DNA of 38,845 nucleotides from Spirochaeta sp. UBA2779 (lineage in GTDB: Bacteria > Spirochaetota > Spirochaetia > DSM-2461). Below are positions 18,401 to 28,269 of the stretch, piece after piece. Within the stretch, counting starts at the first letter, position 1; each line of letters opens with the position of its first letter. The stretch is taken from contig DEIH01000249.1 of the NCBI GenBank assembly GCA_002352375.1, positions 1-38,845 of the forward strand, in the 5' to 3' direction. The position numbers were made by a program, and so were the translations under genes. The notes beneath the pieces are model-generated. The model searched no databases, was not told the origin of the DNA, and saw nothing but the letters and a program-made list of their open reading frames with translations.

Positions 18401-20929
18401 ATGATCAAGGGATTAACCCAGCGTGCACAGCGAATACTTACCGATCTGGCCAAAGAAGAAGCAAAGCGCTTCCATGCCGACAAACTGCTGAGTGAGCACA
18501 TCGTTCTTGCAATTCTCAGAGAAAAGGGCGGAATTGCATATAAATGCCTTCAGAGACTCGGAATCAATAACACTGAGATGATCGGTGAATTGGAAAAAGG
18601 GCTGCCCCAACGGAACCCCAACTTACAGCTGGGAGATATTCCCCCTTCAAACCGCGTTAAAATGCTTCTGGAAAATGCCGCTAATGAAGCAACAACGCTG
18701 AACCATGAATATATCGGAACAGAGCATTTCCTTCTTGCCGCAGCAGGTGAGCCCGGGAGTGCAACAAGCGCATTTCTGTCTCTTTACAAGGTAACTGTCG
18801 ATATTCTCAGGGGACTTATTTATGAGATAAACGGTGAGAGGGAAAAGTCTGTAAATCCGAAAAGGAAAACGGAAAAACCGGCATTTGCCAGGAAAGGGGT
18901 CCGGGGTGAAGCCAAGTCTGCCACGAGTATGCTGGATGAATTCTCCCGTGATTTAACCGAAATGGCCAAAAAAGATCTTTTGGATCCTGTTGTCGGCAGA
19001 GATAGGGAAATCTCCCGGGTAATGAGAATCCTGGCTCGGCGGACCAAAAACAATCCAGTTCTTATCGGCGAACCAGGTGTGGGTAAAACAGCCGTTGTCG
19101 AGGGACTGGCCCGGGAAATTATCGCGGGAACCGCCCCGGAAATCTTTTCCGGTAAGCGCCTTGTCGGTCTGGATCTGGCCGCCCTTGTTGCAGGAACCAA
19201 GTATCGGGGTGAGTTTGAAGAGCGGCTTAAAAAAGTGATTAAAGAAATAAATAAAGCCGGGAATATCATCCTCTTCATTGATGAACTTCATACCATCATC
19301 GGTGCCGGTGGTGCTGAAGGTGCCATAGACGCCTCCAATATGCTCAAACCCGCTTTGAGTCGGGGTGAACTGCAGTGCATCGGTGCCACAACCATGAACG
19401 AGTATAAAAAATACATAGAGAAAGATGCCGCACTGGAACGGCGTTTCCAGTCGGTAATCATTGAAGAGCCGAGTATCGATGAAACCTATGAGATTCTCTG
19501 TGGGATTAAAGAACGCTATGAGGATCATCACAACGTTACCTATGAAGATGAATCTCTACGTTCAGCCGCCGAACTGGCAGGGCGATATGTCACTGAGCGT
19601 AATCTTCCGGACAAGGCTATCGATTTGATCGATGAGGCCGGTTCCAGCAAGCGGATGCAGAACAACACCCGGCCGGAAGCCATCGGCAATCTTGAAGAGC
19701 AGACCCACCTTCTCACCGAAGAGAAAATCTCTTTTGTGAATGCTCAGGATTATGAAAATGCAGCCAGGGTAAGGGATAAAGTCCGGGAAATGCGAAACCG
19801 TATTGATGAGTTGAAATCCGAATGGGAGAAAACCTTAAAGGAAGAAAAAAACCTTATTACAGTTGAGGATATTCAGGCCATTGTTTCGGAGAACACCGGT
19901 ATCCCCATGGTTCGTATTGTAAAGAGTGAATCAGATAAACTCCTGCAGATAGAGAAGGAACTTCACGAAAGTGTAATCGGTCAGGATGAGGCCATCGCGT
20001 CTGTGGCCTCTGCTGTCCGCCGGTCGCGAACCGGCTTGAATTCCCCTTCACGGCCCCTGGGGTCATTTATATTCCTGGGACCCACAGGCGTTGGGAAAAC
20101 ACTTCTGGCCAAGAGTCTGGCCGAATATCTTTTCGGGGATGCCGAAGCCCTTATCAGGGTTGATATGTCGGACTATATGGAAAAGCACAACGCATCACGG
20201 CTGATAGGGGCTCCTCCGGGGTATGTGGGCTATGAAGAGGGTGGTATTCTCACCGAGAAAATTCGTAAGAGACCCTATTCAGTGGTTCTGCTGGATGAGA
20301 TTGAAAAAGCCCATGCTGATGTATTCAACCTGCTGCTCCAGGTTCTCGAGGAAGGTGAACTGCAGGATAGTTTCGGTCATAAGGTATCTTTTCGGAATGC
20401 TGTTCTGATAATGACCTCTAACGCAGGCGCCCGGGAAATCAACAAAGGAAGTTTTGGCTTTACTACCGGTAACGGTGTCATGGCTCATTCCGACATCAAA
20501 TCCATGGCGGTAACAGAATTGAAACGGCTCTTCCGTCCTGAGTTTCTGAATCGTGTCGATGAAATAGTGGTATTTCACAGTCTTGAGTACGATCATGTGA
20601 TGAAAATAATGGATCTGATGCTCGATGAAGTACGAGAGCGTCTCTCCGGGCTTTCCCTTTCTCTTGATGTCAACATCAAAGCGCGGGATATGCTGATGCA
20701 GATGGGGTACGACGTGATTTACGGGGCCAGGCCCTTGAGACGGACCATCCAGAAAGAAATTGAAGATCCGTTATCAGTGGCAATCCTTCAGGGTCGGTTT
20801 GAATCAGGGGATGCCATTTCCGCTGAAGTCCGGTCGGGGAAAATCAGCTTCAGGCGGAAAAATAGAAGAAAAAAAGCTGCTGTAAAAGCTCTTGAAACAG
20901 CTTCTACAGCGGAAATTACCAAAGATTAA
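18401..20929 (+). CDS. clpC: ATP-dependent Clp protease ATP-binding subunit ClpC
   Basis: Two Clp-N repeats (EH.LLA), AAA1 [17 protein letters not shown]-like [14 protein letters not shown]2 [24 protein letters not shown]; SD AGGAG. Confidence 0.93.
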   Translation: MIKGLTQRAQRILTDLAKEEAKRFHADKLLSEHIVLAILREKGGIAYKCLQRLGINNTEMIGELEKGLPQRNPNLQLGDIPPSNRVKMLLENAANEATTLNHEYIGTEHFLLAAAGEPGSATSAFLSLYKVTVDILRGLIYEINGEREKSVNPKRKTEKPAFARKGVRGEAKSATSMLDEFSRDLTEMAKKDLLDPVVGRDREISRVMRILARRTKNNPVLIGEPGVGKTAVVEGLAREIIAGTAPEIFSGKRLVGLDLAALVAGTKYRGEFEERLKKVIKEINKAGNIILFIDELHTIIGAGGAEGAIDASNMLKPALSRGELQCIGATTMNEYKKYIEKDAALERRFQSVIIEEPSIDETYEILCGIKERYEDHHNVTYEDESLRSAAELAGRYVTERNLPDKAIDLIDEAGSSKRMQNNTRPEAIGNLEEQTHLLTEEKISFVNAQDYENAARVRDKVREMRNRIDELKSEWEKTLKEEKNLITVEDIQAIVSENTGIPMVRIVKSESDKLLQIEKELHESVIGQDEAIASVASAVRRSRTGLNSPSRPLGSFIFLGPTGVGKTLLAKSLAEYLFGDAEALIRVDMSDYMEKHNASRLIGAPPGYVGYEEGGILTEKIRKRPYSVVLLDEIEKAHADVFNLLLQVLEEGELQDSFGHKVSFRNAVLIMTSNAGAREINKGSFGFTTGNGVMAHSDIKSMAVTELKRLFRPEFLNRVDEIVVFHSLEYDHVMKIMDLMLDEVRERLSGLSLSLDVNIKARDMLMQMGYDVIYGARPLRRTIQKEIEDPLSVAILQGRFESGDAISAEVRSGKISFRRKNRRKKAAVKALETASTAEITKD

Positions 20930-20965
20930 TCCGGAAGACCGATTCCCCGTGTTATGTTGTAGGTT

Positions 20966-23791
20966 ATGGTAAAAATCCGCTGCTTTTTCCTGTTGCTCTT
21001 CACCTTTTTATTTTCCTCTGCGCTTCTTTGGGCTCAATCGGCGGATCAGCTGTACGCCGGGGGACGGCAGGCTTTTACTGATGGTCTATGGCAGACCGCA
21101 TCGTCCCAGTTTTCACGTCTTTTACGGGAATACCCTGAAGATCTGCGGGCAGATTCTGCGGCATATATGGGAGCTGTTGCCTATTACAACGATGGTGAGT
21201 ATCAGAACGCTATAAATGTACTGGTTTCATTTCCCCGTAGATACCCGGACTCTCCCTGGAATCAGCGGGTAGCCTACTGGGAAGGTTTGGCCCGATATGA
21301 AAAGGATGACTGGTCCCGGGCGGCATCAGCTTTTGAAAAACAAACACGTATAACTGAAGACAGGACTTACCGGGAGCGCTCGCTACTTTACCTTGGAGCC
21401 TGTCGGGAAAACCTGGATAATCTGGAGAGTGCCGAAAGGGTTTATACCATTTTAATTGATGAAGGACGGGACCGCGATCTTATTGCCCGGGCTGTATTCC
21501 GACTGGGACAGATTCGCCTGTCGGATAATCGGCCGGATGAGGCCCTGGATGCCTTCACATTGATGGCTTACGACTATTCCTCCTCTCCACTGGCTGTGGA
21601 TATAGAATATTGGATTGCCGAATCCCGGCGGCGAATGAGGCAGGATGAGAAAGCCCTGGACAGTTACCGGAATTTCCTTTCAACGGTGTACAGCTCACCT
21701 TACAGGTCATTCGCCCTGCTTGAGGCGGCACGTCTGGCCTCTAATGCCCATTATGATGATGAAGCACTGGCGTATCTGGATTTAAGAGACGAGGAACGCG
21801 CACCGGGGCCGGATGAGGGAAAACCCTCGGTACTGAGAATCCGGGCCGCATCCTACATGAGGACCGGTCAGATAGCTGAGGCTCGAGCGGCCTATGCCGG
21901 GATTCTCAAAGAACCCCTGGATGATCGCGAGGCTCAGACAGCCGCCTTCAACCTGGCTCAAACCTGGTTGGGGGGCAGCAGCGTTCTTTCCGCCGTACCC
22001 TACCTTGAAAAGGCGGGAAATGGTCCGGACAGACGCATCTCTGCCGATTCACTGTATTTGGCGGGAACAATATTGCTTCATTCGGGTAACAGCAGGGGAG
22101 CGGTGGCTCTGGAGCGTTTTGCATCGGAGAATCCACAGGATACCCGCCGGGAAGAAGCCCTTCGTCTGGCAGTGAAATCCTGGCGGGATGAAGATGATTC
22201 AAATCGGGCTGTCGGGGTGTTGAACCTTCTTGTCCGGGATTACCCGCAAAGTGAAAATGCACCTTCCTACCTTTTTCTCCGTGGGGAAATCGCCCTTGAA
22301 AGCGGTGATTCAAGTTCGGCTTTAAGGGACTACGGTCGAATCACCCGGGAGTACAGGGATTCAGATTTTGCGCTGGAATCAAATTCCAGAATCGGTTTTA
22401 TCTATTCAGATAGAAAGGAATTCATCCGAGCTGCCGGGTACTATCAGGCGGCTGCAGATCTTGCCGGGGGTGTCCGCGGGGGAGATAAGGGCCGCCGGGC
22501 TCTGTACTCAACGGCTGTGGCTTATCTAAACGGCGGTAGAGCTGACGATGCGGTGAGGTTGTTTGATTCACTGGTTCAATCTGAGCCTTCAGGATCCTGG
22601 AGTGTTGAGGCTGCTTTTCACATGGGTGAAGCTCTCTACGATATGGAAGATTACCCCGCTGCCAGGCGTGCGTATGAAATTACGGCCCGTTATGGTGATT
22701 CCGACTGGGTGTTTGAAGCTTTTTACGGAATCGGCTGGAGCTGGTTTCGAGAGTTGAGTTGGGAAAATGCCGCCGAGGGCTTTAATAAGGCTGCTGATGC
22801 AGCAGTAAACAGTGAGCAGAAAGCTAGAGCTTTGTATCGTGTCGGCTTGAGCCTGGCTTCAGAAGGTGAATGGGATAAGGCAATAACTTTCTACGACCAG
22901 GCCCTCTCTCCCATGGTGGGAAACTGGAGAGAAGAGGCGCTGTATCAGAAATCCTGGGCTCTTTTGAATCTCAATCGATTGGACGAGGCTGGAGAGACTG
23001 CCGGGATGCTGGCCGATGAGTTCCCTGAGAGTGAGCTTCCCTCGGATCTGCCCTTCAGAATGGGTGAGAATGCCATGAAAGCCGGTGAATATGCCGAAGC
23101 TGTCTTCTGGTACGACCGTTGTCGGAATGATTTTCCGGATTCGGATATTGCCGTTCAGGCTGAGTTGCGCGGGGCTCTGGCGGTGAGAGAAGGCGGGGAT
23201 GCCGGAACTGCGGCAGAACGGTATGGGGCATGGGTAGTTCGCAGGCCGGATAATCCCGGTGCTGCATCTGCCGCAAGATCCTGGGCAGAGGCTCTTAAGG
23301 CAGCGGGAAACCCCGATGCAGCATCCGAAGCTCTGAACCAGGTATCAAAGATTGATACAGGGAATAACAGCCTCCTTTCACCGATTGTTCTGGCGTGGGC
23401 CAGGATAATGGGGATTCCGCCTGAATCCCGGGAACCTCTGGAGAATCTGGCCGGGGATGAATCACTTCCTTCCGCTGAAAGAGCAGAAGCGTTATTGCTG
23501 ACAGCCCACCGATACCGGATGGATGGCAGTACCCAACGTTCCAGACAGCTCTACGAAGTTCTTATACGGGATGTTCCAGGGAGGATCGGAGCGGAAGCTC
23601 AGGAAGGAGTGGCCCGTAGTTATGCCGAAGAGGGAAAACCGGATGAAGCTGCCGAAGCCTACCTCGCTGTTCCCTACCTCTTTCCCGAGCAGACCGACCT
23701 GGTATCCAGGGCTCTCAGGGAAGCTGAACGGCTTTATCGGGAAGCCGGCCGTGAGGATGAGGCTGATAAAATACTTTCCCGCATTCAGTAA
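20966..23791 (+). CDS. Exported multi-TPR protein (BamD/CpoB-type repeats)
   Basis: Signal peptide LWA-Q; many A.Y..G..Y....Y..A...F......YP.S units. Confidence 0.88.
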   Translation: MVKIRCFFLLLFTFLFSSALLWAQSADQLYAGGRQAFTDGLWQTASSQFSRLLREYPEDLRADSAAYMGAVAYYNDGEYQNAINVLVSFPRRYPDSPWNQRVAYWEGLARYEKDDWSRAASAFEKQTRITEDRTYRERSLLYLGACRENLDNLESAERVYTILIDEGRDRDLIARAVFRLGQIRLSDNRPDEALDAFTLMAYDYSSSPLAVDIEYWIAESRRRMRQDEKALDSYRNFLSTVYSSPYRSFALLEAARLASNAHYDDEALAYLDLRDEERAPGPDEGKPSVLRIRAASYMRTGQIAEARAAYAGILKEPLDDREAQTAAFNLAQTWLGGSSVLSAVPYLEKAGNGPDRRISADSLYLAGTILLHSGNSRGAVALERFASENPQDTRREEALRLAVKSWRDEDDSNRAVGVLNLLVRDYPQSENAPSYLFLRGEIALESGDSSSALRDYGRITREYRDSDFALESNSRIGFIYSDRKEFIRAAGYYQAAADLAGGVRGGDKGRRALYSTAVAYLNGGRADDAVRLFDSLVQSEPSGSWSVEAAFHMGEALYDMEDYPAARRAYEITARYGDSDWVFEAFYGIGWSWFRELSWENAAEGFNKAADAAVNSEQKARALYRVGLSLASEGEWDKAITFYDQALSPMVGNWREEALYQKSWALLNLNRLDEAGETAGMLADEFPESELPSDLPFRMGENAMKAGEYAEAVFWYDRCRNDFPDSDIAVQAELRGALAVREGGDAGTAAERYGAWVVRRPDNPGAASAARSWAEALKAAGNPDAASEALNQVSKIDTGNNSLLSPIVLAWARIMGIPPESREPLENLAGDESLPSAERAEALLLTAHRYRMDGSTQRSRQLYEVLIRDVPGRIGAEAQEGVARSYAEEGKPDEAAEAYLAVPYLFPEQTDLVSRALREAERLYREAGREDEADKILSRIQ

Positions 23792-25443
23792 TGGAAACCG
23801 CTTCCCCCGATAAACTCTCTGATAATGGACAGTTCTGGAACATCTTCTACCGGGAAGGGTGAAAAGTTCCTCAGGAAGGCCATTAGTCTGCGGGCTTCCC
23901 CGTACTCTTTCTCAATCGGGCTGACGGTTCTCAGCAGGGGTTCGGCAAAAATCTTCAAAATAGCCAGTTCGTAATCCAGGGCGGAATTAAACATTACATC
24001 GGCAGAGCCCTGATAGGGGAATATATGACGCTCTTCACCTCTGCGAACCGACGGCCACATCTTAATAGTATCGATGGCAGGGTAACTGCGGAATTGATGA
24101 TCTCTGACGATACGTCTGATAAGCCTGTTGTCTGTTGTTGGTATACGGTCGTGGTCGTCCAGATTGAGTTGAGTTAATGCAGAAATATAGATTCTGAAAG
24201 CCTTTCCCTTTTCAAGTCCGGGAGTAAGATTGGGGTTGAGACCGTGAATTCCTTCATAAAGGATAATTCCATCCTCATCCAGTCTGACTGTTCTTCCTTT
24301 TTCCAGTCTACCGCCAACCCGTTTGAAATCGAAAATTGGAATCTCTGTTTCCCTTCCGGCAAAGAGGTCTTCCAGATTCCTGTTGAAATGATCGATATCC
24401 AGGGCTTCGAGAACTTCAAAGTCTGGCTTCCCTTCCTCGTCCAGAGGGACTTTAGAACGTTCTTTGTAATAATCATCCAGACTGATGAGTTGTGGCTTTA
24501 ATCCTGTTGATTTCAGACTTAATGCGAGTTTCTTGGTAAAGGTTGTTTTTCCCGAGGATGAGGGTCCTGCAATCAGAATTATTTTAGTCTGGTTTTTTCT
24601 TGCCGTAACCATTCCGGTTAGTTCGGCAATTTTGCGGTCGTGGAGCGCCTCGGCGGTCTGAATAAAATCCCTGGCCCTGCTTCTGTTTCTCGAGAGATAA
24701 TTCAGCTGGGCAACATTGGACACGCAGAGAATCTCCCCCCACTTTTTATGTTCTTCATAAACAGAGAACAACTTCGGTTCATCATCCCATTCTCCCAGTT
24801 GCACCGGGTTCTGTGATGATGGATAACGCAGCAGAAATCCTCCCCGGTAGAACTCAACAGCGAAGGTTTTCAGAACCCCGGTGGAAGGTACCATGGGTGT
24901 ATGGCGAATGGAAATCATATCGTCACAGCGCCATATTCCCACCAGAGGTTCATTGAGCTCTTCCATCAATTGCGACGAGGCCGGGTAGGAACGGCTTTTA
25001 AAACTTTCAACAGCCATTTTCCAGGATATTTCATCGGGTACTATCGGTAAATCACGGCTTACCAGATCCCTCATCATTTTATCCATGGACAAGGCGTCTG
25101 CTTCTACCGCCTGGGGTCCATCATCCCTGAATCTATGAAAAAAAGCATGTCCAAGGGAATGCCCGATAACAACCCTACGCTCCGGAAAGGTCTTTTTTGC
25201 CGCCAGCTCGAAAAGGTATATCAGGGAGTTTCTGTAGATTCTCATACCGGCGGTACTTGATATTTTTACAGGTTCAATACTGCAGTCCGCCCTGATACGG
25301 TCCTGCAGAGATGAATAATTGTTGCAGATTTTAACGGCAACCACAGGGTAGCCTCCGGGCAGCAGGTCTGATAACCGGGTTCCCCGGGCTGTTTCCTGTA
25401 CATTGCCATCAGGCAGGATGGTTACTTTTAACTGATTACTCAT
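23785..25443 (-). CDS. Nucleoside (uridine) kinase-family protein with N-terminal TGS/ThrRS-like domains
   Basis: AGPSSSGKTT, ISLDDYY, LYEGIHGLN, YISALTQLNLD, PTTDNRLIRRIVRD, FNSALDYEL, IREFIGGS. Confidence 0.88.
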   Translation of the reverse strand: MSNQLKVTILPDGNVQETARGTRLSDLLPGGYPVVAVKICNNYSSLQDRIRADCSIEPVKISSTAGMRIYRNSLIYLFELAAKKTFPERRVVIGHSLGHAFFHRFRDDGPQAVEADALSMDKMMRDLVSRDLPIVPDEISWKMAVESFKSRSYPASSQLMEELNEPLVGIWRCDDMISIRHTPMVPSTGVLKTFAVEFYRGGFLLRYPSSQNPVQLGEWDDEPKLFSVYEEHKKWGEILCVSNVAQLNYLSRNRSRARDFIQTAEALHDRKIAELTGMVTARKNQTKIILIAGPSSSGKTTFTKKLALSLKSTGLKPQLISLDDYYKERSKVPLDEEGKPDFEVLEALDIDHFNRNLEDLFAGRETEIPIFDFKRVGGRLEKGRTVRLDEDGIILYEGIHGLNPNLTPGLEKGKAFRIYISALTQLNLDDHDRIPTTDNRLIRRIVRDHQFRSYPAIDTIKMWPSVRRGEERHIFPYQGSADVMFNSALDYELAILKIFAEPLLRTVSPIEKEYGEARRLMAFLRNFSPFPVEDVPELSIIREFIGGSGFHY

Positions 25444-25478
25444 ATAGGCTCCTGGAGAATTATAGTTCTCATTGTAGC

Positions 25479-25781
25479 TTATGAGGGCTGTCTCCGCACT
25501 ATCTCGTTGTACCAGATTCCAGGTCCGAGAAAAACGGGGTGTTTTGTCATGGCTTCTGCAGCATTGGCGGCCTTTGAATAGGGGCAGGGGGAGAGCAGCC
25601 GGGTTTGAATTCTTGAGGTTTCATCTCTGAGCATTTCATAAGCTGTAAAGAGCGGACCATCACCCGGTGAACCGGCTCTTTTCCAGGCAACTCTTACAGC
25701 CTTATCATTGGTTTCCCGGGGAACACCCAGAAGCAGCCAGGGATCGTAGGGAAAAATAAGGATTTCATCGATGTTCATCAC
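25479..25781 (-). CDS. Small J-domain-like protein lacking the HPD motif
   Basis: DPWLLLGV....DKAVRVAWKR and AYEMLRD...R match J-domain helices I/II and IV; the HPD loop and helix III are truncated. Confidence 0.55.
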   Translation of the reverse strand: MMNIDEILIFPYDPWLLLGVPRETNDKAVRVAWKRAGSPGDGPLFTAYEMLRDETSRIQTRLLSPCPYSKAANAAEAMTKHPVFLGPGIWYNEIVRRQPS

Positions 25782-26860
25782 GACAGTTCCTCAAATAATA
25801 ATAATTCGGAGATATTTTTTCTTTTTGTTTTTCGTTTCGGTCTCCTCCCTGCATCTGTAGTTTTCAGGTTAACTGCAGTCCCGGTAAACCACTGCTGTAA
25901 TCCTGCAGTATCCGTCGGCAGCATAGGGATTGTTGGCAGAAGGGCCTTAATCAGGGGAAAAGATACGGTCAGGTATGCGATTATCTTGGAAAAAATATCC
26001 ACTGAAAGGAGGTTTCCTTCCTCGGATTTGTTCAGAAGCTCTCCTGCAATTTTCAATCTGGCATTCAGCTCGGCCGGGCCTATCTCTTCTGCTTCCAGGA
26101 CAGAATGAAGACTCCTGAGCCAGGCGGTCAGAGCGCGTTCTGGGTCGTAACGCATTGATGCAAGTGCACAGATTCTGGATGCTTCTCCGGTACCTGGAAC
26201 AACCGAAGACATTTCATCCTTTTCGTCAAGAGCTTCCTCTTCGGATAAAACCTCCATAGCCCAATAATAAAGGCGTTTACCGGCCTCCTGGTTTTCCTGT
26301 GACATTTCCCTGATGTAAAACAAAAGCTCTCCTCTGAGCAGATCCGGGTATGATGCCGCCTCATCAAGTAGTTCCAGGCCCTGGGATAGCGTTTTATTCT
26401 TTGCTCTGATTTTATTTATAAAAAGGTTATTCTCATTGATTGATGGAGGCTTTCCAGCCAGTACTTCAAAGGTAGTTACTAGATTTGTTACGGCACTATA
26501 TTTTGGAATTTTCCGGACTGTTTCCATCATGGCTTTTGTATCCCCTTCATAAAATGCGGCAACCGCTTCGTTGAGAAGTTTCCAGGGGTACAAAGGGCTT
26601 TCTTCATCAATGACTATGGCAGAATTGCCGGAATCCGGACGGCTCATGCCATTTGTAACAGCTTCAAAATCTTCAATTATGTAACGGGCGGAAATCTTCA
26701 GGGGGTCGTCATCACCTAAAAAACCGGACTCGGATAACCGGGCAGGATGGATTAATGCTGATGTTAGAGCTCTCATGGTATCTGAGTCTCTCACCCGTCC
26801 TTTTATACCGATTTCCTGAAGTAATCGGTCCAATTGTGAAATGTTTCTTTTACCTGACAT
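25778..26860 (-). CDS. Hypothetical helical (possibly TPR-like) protein
   Basis: 360-aa ORF with a 4-nt overlap onto the J-like gene; no recognisable catalytic motif. Confidence 0.75.
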   Translation of the reverse strand: MSGKRNISQLDRLLQEIGIKGRVRDSDTMRALTSALIHPARLSESGFLGDDDPLKISARYIIEDFEAVTNGMSRPDSGNSAIVIDEESPLYPWKLLNEAVAAFYEGDTKAMMETVRKIPKYSAVTNLVTTFEVLAGKPPSINENNLFINKIRAKNKTLSQGLELLDEAASYPDLLRGELLFYIREMSQENQEAGKRLYYWAMEVLSEEEALDEKDEMSSVVPGTGEASRICALASMRYDPERALTAWLRSLHSVLEAEEIGPAELNARLKIAGELLNKSEEGNLLSVDIFSKIIAYLTVSFPLIKALLPTIPMLPTDTAGLQQWFTGTAVNLKTTDAGRRPKRKTKRKNISELLLFEELS

Positions 26861-26869
26861 GGGGGGGCC

Positions 26870-26899
26870 AACTTATCAAGGCTCCGGGTTTGCGGTCAA
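26870..26899 (-). promoter_or_regulatory. Putative sigma70 promoter (TTGACC-18-TAAGTT with extended -10 TG) ending 9 nt before ATG 26860
   Basis: Minus strand reads TTGACCgcaaacccggagccttgaTAAGTTggcccccccATG. Confidence 0.45.
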
Positions 26900-27000
26900 G
26901 TAAAAAACTAAAAAAAACTTAACGAACCTGATGAAGATTCTCAGGCGAAATAAGCGGTTTTGAAATCATGGCAGAGCCCTGATTCTGCTGATAGTATTCA

Positions 27001-28206
27001 TTACCCGGGAAGCAGATCCCTGGAAGCAAGATCTTTTACTTCCTGCTCAGTCAATACCTCTGTGACAGTCAGTCCTTCTTCGCCTTCTTCATCTTCATGG
27101 GTTTTAATTATCGGCTGTTCCTTGTACATGTGCAGGTTCTCATCAAGCTGTAGTTTTACAACAGGGTATCTCGGGTGAGAACCGATATTCACAACAATTC
27201 CGATGGCACCATTATTCAGACGGACATAGTTACCCAGCGGGTAGAGCGATATTGAATTAATCAACGCTGAAATAACTTTTTCATCGTAAAGACTGCTCAT
27301 TTCCCTGAGCATCGTCATCATAGAGGTAAATCCGTCAATACCGTTTCTGAAGGGCCTGTTGGATATCTGGGCATCATAAGAGCAAGCCACTGCGATGATT
27401 TTCCCGAACTGGGTGATTGATTCTCCACTGATTCCCTGAGGATATCCGGATCCGTTGGATCTTTCATGATGCTGCCAGACGCCCATAAGTATGTCCTGGG
27501 CCAGGGGATTTGCATTTTCTTTGGAGTAATCCTGGAGCATCTTCAGCCCCTGTGCCGGATGGGTTGATATCAGTTTTTTTTCATTTTCTGTTAATGGGGC
27601 TGATTTATCAAAAACCTGTTTTGGAATTTTCATCATACCTATTTCATGGAGCATTGCAGCAATTCCCAGTTCTATCAGTCGGAAATTTGGAAGTTTCAAA
27701 GATTCCCCGATGGTGAGAGATATTATCACAGTCCGGGCAGAGTGGCTGTAAAGATAATCAATTCCAGCGGCTTTCAGGTCCGGAAGCCTGAGTACGTATG
27801 TTCGAAAATCTTTAATTATCTGTATAACGGTTTTTACTTTTTCAGTTATAGCCGTCATATCGAGGTAACCTTCACGATTGAAATTGTCGTAAACTTTCCG
27901 GGTGAATCCTGCAAGATCTGAGAAGAATAATCGGGCCACCCGCCGGCCTTCAGCTTCCTTGGCGTCGTTGTTCAATACGGCTCCGGACATGGTGTCTGTT
28001 GAAGCCGCAGTCGCACTGCTGCCGGAAGTTAAGCTCCCTTCAGTCCAGATCCCCTTGTAACCCCATGTTTTAAGGGCCTCCAGAAGATACTCACTAACCG
28101 GGGCATCGTCGGACAGAAGAAGAAAAGTCTCGTCCAGCCACAGAGGTGCATCGTAATAAGTATCCTTTTTCAAATCATTCAGAGGTATCCGTTTCTTCGC
28201 ATCCAT
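27001..28206 (-). CDS. HD-GYP domain protein with degenerate metal ligands
   Basis: YLYSHS, LHEIGM (HD>HE), HP.QG, HHERSNGSGYPQG, VACSYDA (normally VAD.YDA), C-terminal LYPLG..V.L.NG.IG.VV extension. Confidence 0.88.
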   Translation of the reverse strand: MDAKKRIPLNDLKKDTYYDAPLWLDETFLLLSDDAPVSEYLLEALKTWGYKGIWTEGSLTSGSSATAASTDTMSGAVLNNDAKEAEGRRVARLFFSDLAGFTRKVYDNFNREGYLDMTAITEKVKTVIQIIKDFRTYVLRLPDLKAAGIDYLYSHSARTVIISLTIGESLKLPNFRLIELGIAAMLHEIGMMKIPKQVFDKSAPLTENEKKLISTHPAQGLKMLQDYSKENANPLAQDILMGVWQHHERSNGSGYPQGISGESITQFGKIIAVACSYDAQISNRPFRNGIDGFTSMMTMLREMSSLYDEKVISALINSISLYPLGNYVRLNNGAIGIVVNIGSHPRYPVVKLQLDENLHMYKEQPIIKTHEDEEGEEGLTVTEVLTEQEVKDLASRDLLPG

Positions 28207-28214
28207 TACTTTTA

Positions 28215-28243
28215 TTGACCCCTTTCTTCCGCTCGACTAGACT
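28215..28243 (+). promoter_or_regulatory. Putative sigma70 promoter for the 28270 gene
   Basis: TTGACC (28215-28220), 17-nt spacer, TAGACT (28238-28243). Confidence 0.5.
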
Positions 28244-28269
28244 CACTTCTATTATAGGGGTATTTAACC

